DNA of 64,000 nucleotides from Squalus acanthias. Lineage: Eukaryota. The DNA is taken from contig JASTWF010000093.1 in assembly GCA_030390025.1 (NCBI GenBank), positions 930,001 to 994,000 of the forward strand. Reading direction: 5' to 3'. Below the pieces are notes generated by a model. It was not told the origin of the DNA. It saw nothing but the letters and a program-made list of their open reading frames with translations, and did no database searches. Positions 60,121-64,000 of this stretch are shown in pieces (within the stretch, counting starts at the first letter, position 1; the number at the start of each line of letters is the position of its first letter). Position numbers and translations under genes: made by a program.

Positions 60121-63004
60121 CTTCTCTTTTCTAGAGAAAAGATATCCAGCCTGGTCAATCATTCCTGATAGATATAACCTTTCCGTTCTTATATCTATGG
60201 GAAGTTTTGATAGAGTAGACACACAGAGAGAGTGTATCCACTTGTGGGGATGAGTAAAACTAGAGAGCATCCATATAAGATACCTTTACCGGTGTCCTGG
60301 CCAATATTTATCCCTCAATCAACATCACTAATACAGATGATCTGGTCATTATCACATTGCTGTTTGTGGGAGCTTGCTGTGCACAAGTTGGCTGCCACGT
60401 TTCCTACATTCCAACAGTGACTCCACTTCAAAAAGTGCTTCATTGGCTGTAAAGCGCTTCAGGACGACCGGTGGTCGTGAAAGGTGCTATAGAAATTCCA
60501 AATTCTTTCTTTTTCTTTTAAGATAGTCACCAAGAAATCAAATCGGGAATTCAGAGGAAACCTCTTTACCCAGAGAGTGGTGAGAATGTGGAGCTCGCTA
60601 CCACAGGGAGTGGTCATAGAATCATAGAAATTTATGACACAAAAGGAAGCCATTCGGCCCATCGTGTCTGTGCCGGCTGAAAAAGAGCTATCCAGCCTCT
60701 GGGTGAAAAAAGTTCTCCCTCATTCCCCTCTAATCCTTCTCCAATTACGTTAAATCTATGCCCCCTGGTTATTGACCTCTCTGCTAAGGGAAATAGGTTC
60801 TGCCTATCCAGTCTATCTAGGCCCCTCATAATTTTATACACCTCAATCAAGTCTCCCATCAGCCTCCTCTGTTCCAAAGGTTGAGGCGAATAGTATAGAT
60901 GCATTTAAGGGGAAGCTAGATAAGCATTTGAGGGAGAAGGGAGTAGAGGAAATGCTGATAGAGTTAGATGATAGTTAGGTCAGGGAGGACTAGTGGTCAC
61001 AAATTGAAGTTGTATAAGGCCAGATCTAGGTTAGATACCAGGAGATGGTTCTTTTCCCAGAGAGTAGTGGACCTCTGGAACAGGCTATCGTCTCGTGCGG
61101 TGGACTCTGATTCGCTGAATTCCTTCAAGTGAGAGCTGGACCTGTTTCTGGCTGGGGCGGAGATCACCTCTTACAGAAGGTAGGCACTGCAGGGAATTCA
61201 GGGCCAGAGTGATCTCCTGGACTAGTTTCCATCACCTAGACGGGTAATCGTGGAGAGGAATTTCCCAGATTTTTTTCCCAAATTGGCCTGGGTTTTTATG
61301 TTATTTTGCCTCTCCCAGGAGATCACATGGTTTCGGGTGGGGTGGAGGGTGTATATATCGTGATACACAAGATATCGCAATTGTGTGAGACAGGCTGGAT
61401 GGACCTGAGGGTCTTTACCTGTCCGTCATTGTACGTATGTCGTATGTTTGTATGCGGAAGGATGGAGAAGAGTCGAGTGGAACATGAACCCCAGCATGGA
61501 CTGGTGGGGTCAAATGGCCTGCTTCCGTGCTGTATATTCTATTTAATGGTTGTTTCTCGGACTGGAGGGAGGTGTACAGTGGAGTTCCCCCGGGTTCAGT
61601 ACTAGGACCACTGCTGTTTTTCATAGACATTAATGACTTGGACTTGAGGGTATAGGGCACAATTTCGAAATTTGCAGACGATACAAAACTTGGAAGTGTA
61701 GTAAACAATCAGGAGGATAGTAATAGACTTAAAAAGGACACAGACAGGCTGGTGGAATGGGTGGACTCACGGCAGATGAAATTCAACACATAACAGATAC
61801 ATTTTGGTAGGAAGAATGAGGAGAGACAATAGCTGGGGGACCAGCAAGGCCCAGACAATGCGAATTGGCTGCAAGCCACGACAGCCAGGATACTGCGGGT
61901 GCGCGAACCGCGCATACACGGACCCTTTCTCCCGAGTCGCCAGCAGCAACGTTTCAGAGACCAATCGCCCATTCCGATAGATAGCGGGAGGGCTGGGAAC
62001 CCTACACCACCCTTTGTGTAAAGAAATTCCTCCTAAATTCTTTTTTTGATCAGTTAGTGGCTATCTTATATTGATATTCCATTGTTCTTGACTCACCCAC
62101 AAGTGGAAGCAATTTTTCCACATCTACCCTATCATAGGAACAGGAGGAGGCCATTCAGCCCATCGAGCCTATTCCGCCATTCAATTCGATCTTGGCTGAT
62201 CTGCACCTCAAATCCATTTGCTCCATAATCCTTTAGATGTTTACCGAATAAAAATCTATCAATTTCAGTGTTGAAAATTTCAGTTGACCCAGCATTCACA
62301 GTCTTTTGGGAGAACAAGTTCCAGATCCACCACCCTTTGTGTGGAAAAAGTGCTTCCTGATTTCACTCCTAAATGGCCTGGCTCTAAATTTAAGATTGTG
62401 CCTCTTGTTCTGGATTCCCCCATCCTCGTGAATCTTTTTTGGCACTTTCTTCAGTGCTTTTTGTAGTGTGGAGACCAGAACTGCACAGAATTCTCCAAGT
62501 GTGGTCTAACCAAGGTTCTATCTACATTTAACATTACCCCCCGCCCCTTCTGTATTCTATTCCTCTAGTCCCAGTACTTTGTTCTCTTTATGGCCTCTCC
62601 CTGAATTTCTGTCAATGTTGCTCTGCTCCTCTCTAATTCTCTCTGAATTTCTGTAATCCATTCTGCTCTGCTTCCACTGGCTAATTCTTTCTGTCTCTCT
62701 CTGAATTTCTGTCTGCTTTTCTCTTTCTTCATGTGTAAGGCATGTACCCAGGAATTCAGGAAGATTTGTGCACAAAACTATTATCAGTTATACAAGAACA
62801 AACAGCGGCTTTGTTTACTCTGTTGGAAAAGATGGGGCTGATAACACGATGGTGCGTCCTTCCTGGGAAAATGATGTGTGGCGCCTTCCAAATACCTGAG
62901 GTGCTTGGCTTGTGTAAATAAGGTGGTGAGTCAGAGCGGGCTGGGCACCAATACACAAGTTGTGCCCGAGGCTCAATAGCCTCCTGATTTCTTTTTTTAA
63001 TTAT

Positions 63005-64000
63005 AGTGGTCATGATGCGGAGATGCCGGTGTTGGACTGGGGTGGACAAAAATGAGAAGTCGCACAACACCAGGTTATAGTCCAACAGTTTTATTTGAAA
63101 CCACAAGCTTTCGGAGCTATCGATCGCCCCTTCCTCAGGTGAAGTAAAGAGATACAGAATCGCCAAAGCATATATAGATAGAGAACAATGCATGTGTTAC
63201 TTACAAAAGCAGACGACTACATTTAAATCACCCTGACTGTTTATCTGCCGAGGTGTGACAAAAGGCAATCAGGTCACATCAAAGACATAGCAAGATACAA
63301 CTGAGACAATGAGGTGGAGCCACAGGGGGTCCAATGTGTCAAAAGCCGCAGTATGGGAAACGATAAACTTTAAAATTTTTACTTTTTTACTGGGAATCAC
63401 ATCTGTTAACAAGCCAACGACGACTCGAGTCTGGATCACGTCATGTATCGTGACATAAACCCAAGATCCCGGTTGAGGCCGTCCTCATGAGTGCGGAACT
63501 TGGCTATCAGTTTCTGCTCGATGATTTTGCGTTGTCGTGTGTTTCTAAGTCCGCCTTGGAGAACGCTTACCCGCAGATCCGAGGCTGAATGTCCTTGACT
63601 GCTGAAGTGTTCCCCGACTGGGAGGGAACACTCCTGCCTGGTGATTGTTGCGCGGTGTCCGTTCATACGTTGTCTCTCAGTGTCTGCATGGTCTCGCCGA
63701 TGTACCATGCCGCGGTGCATTCTTTCCTGCAACATATGAGGTAGACAACGTTGGCCGAGTCACATGAGTATGTACCATGTACCTGGCGGGTAGTGTCCTC
63801 ACGTGTGATGATGGTATCTGTGTTGATGATCTGGCATGTCTTGCAGAGGTTGCCGTGGCAGGGTTGTGTGGTGTCGTGGTCGCTGTTATCCTGAAAGCTG
63901 GGTAATTTGCTGCGAACGATGGTACTTCTGAGGTTAGGCGGCTGTTTGAAGGCAAGTAGTGGAGGCGTGGGGATGGCCTTAGCAAGGTGTTCGTCGTCAT
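63005..64000 (-). mobile_element. Second Penelope-like element family, 3' end (GIY-YIG), runs off the window
   Basis: ...WYIGETMQTLRQRMNGHR...PVGEHFS..GH...EQKLIAKF...GLNRD; hammerhead core at 63102-63141. Confidence 0.88.
63102..63141 (-). ncRNA. Minimal type I hammerhead ribozyme motif
   Basis: cac-CUGAGGA-a-GGGGC gaucgaua GCUCC-GAAA-gc-UU-gug. Confidence 0.65.

Overview
Repeat-rich vertebrate genomic DNA, most likely from a cartilaginous fish (inferred from the mix of CR1, L2, DeuSINE-like, V-SINE-like, Penelope, RTE and Tx1 repeats). Most of the window (~230-50707) is one large inverted duplication with a ~2.6 kb spacer (33297-35934). Each arm carries a 4-exon B7-family (CD276/B7-H3-like) signal-IgV-IgC-TM gene, and the two genes are arranged head-to-head. 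The right copy (40293-47132, +) is intact (276 aa). The left copy (21087-5224, -) has a 10-bp frameshifting deletion and a degenerate TATA box. Intron 1 of the left copy holds nested insertions (CR1 < Penelope < LTR element). The LTR element (10808-20219) is the most unusual feature. It has near-identical 1.7-kb LTRs, a 4-bp TSD, a tRNA-Arg-type PBS and a PPT. It has an open gag and an open env that looks like an F-type class I fusion protein with an Ig-like domain, but no pol. In place of pol is a non-enzymatic ORF joined in-frame to gag behind a UGA-CUAG readthrough signal. Other features are a near full-length Tx1 element flanked by an 871-bp direct duplication, a near full-length RTE element, minimal hammerhead ribozymes in Penelope termini and three minisatellites. 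Family assignments rest on motifs recognised by eye; no database searches were run.
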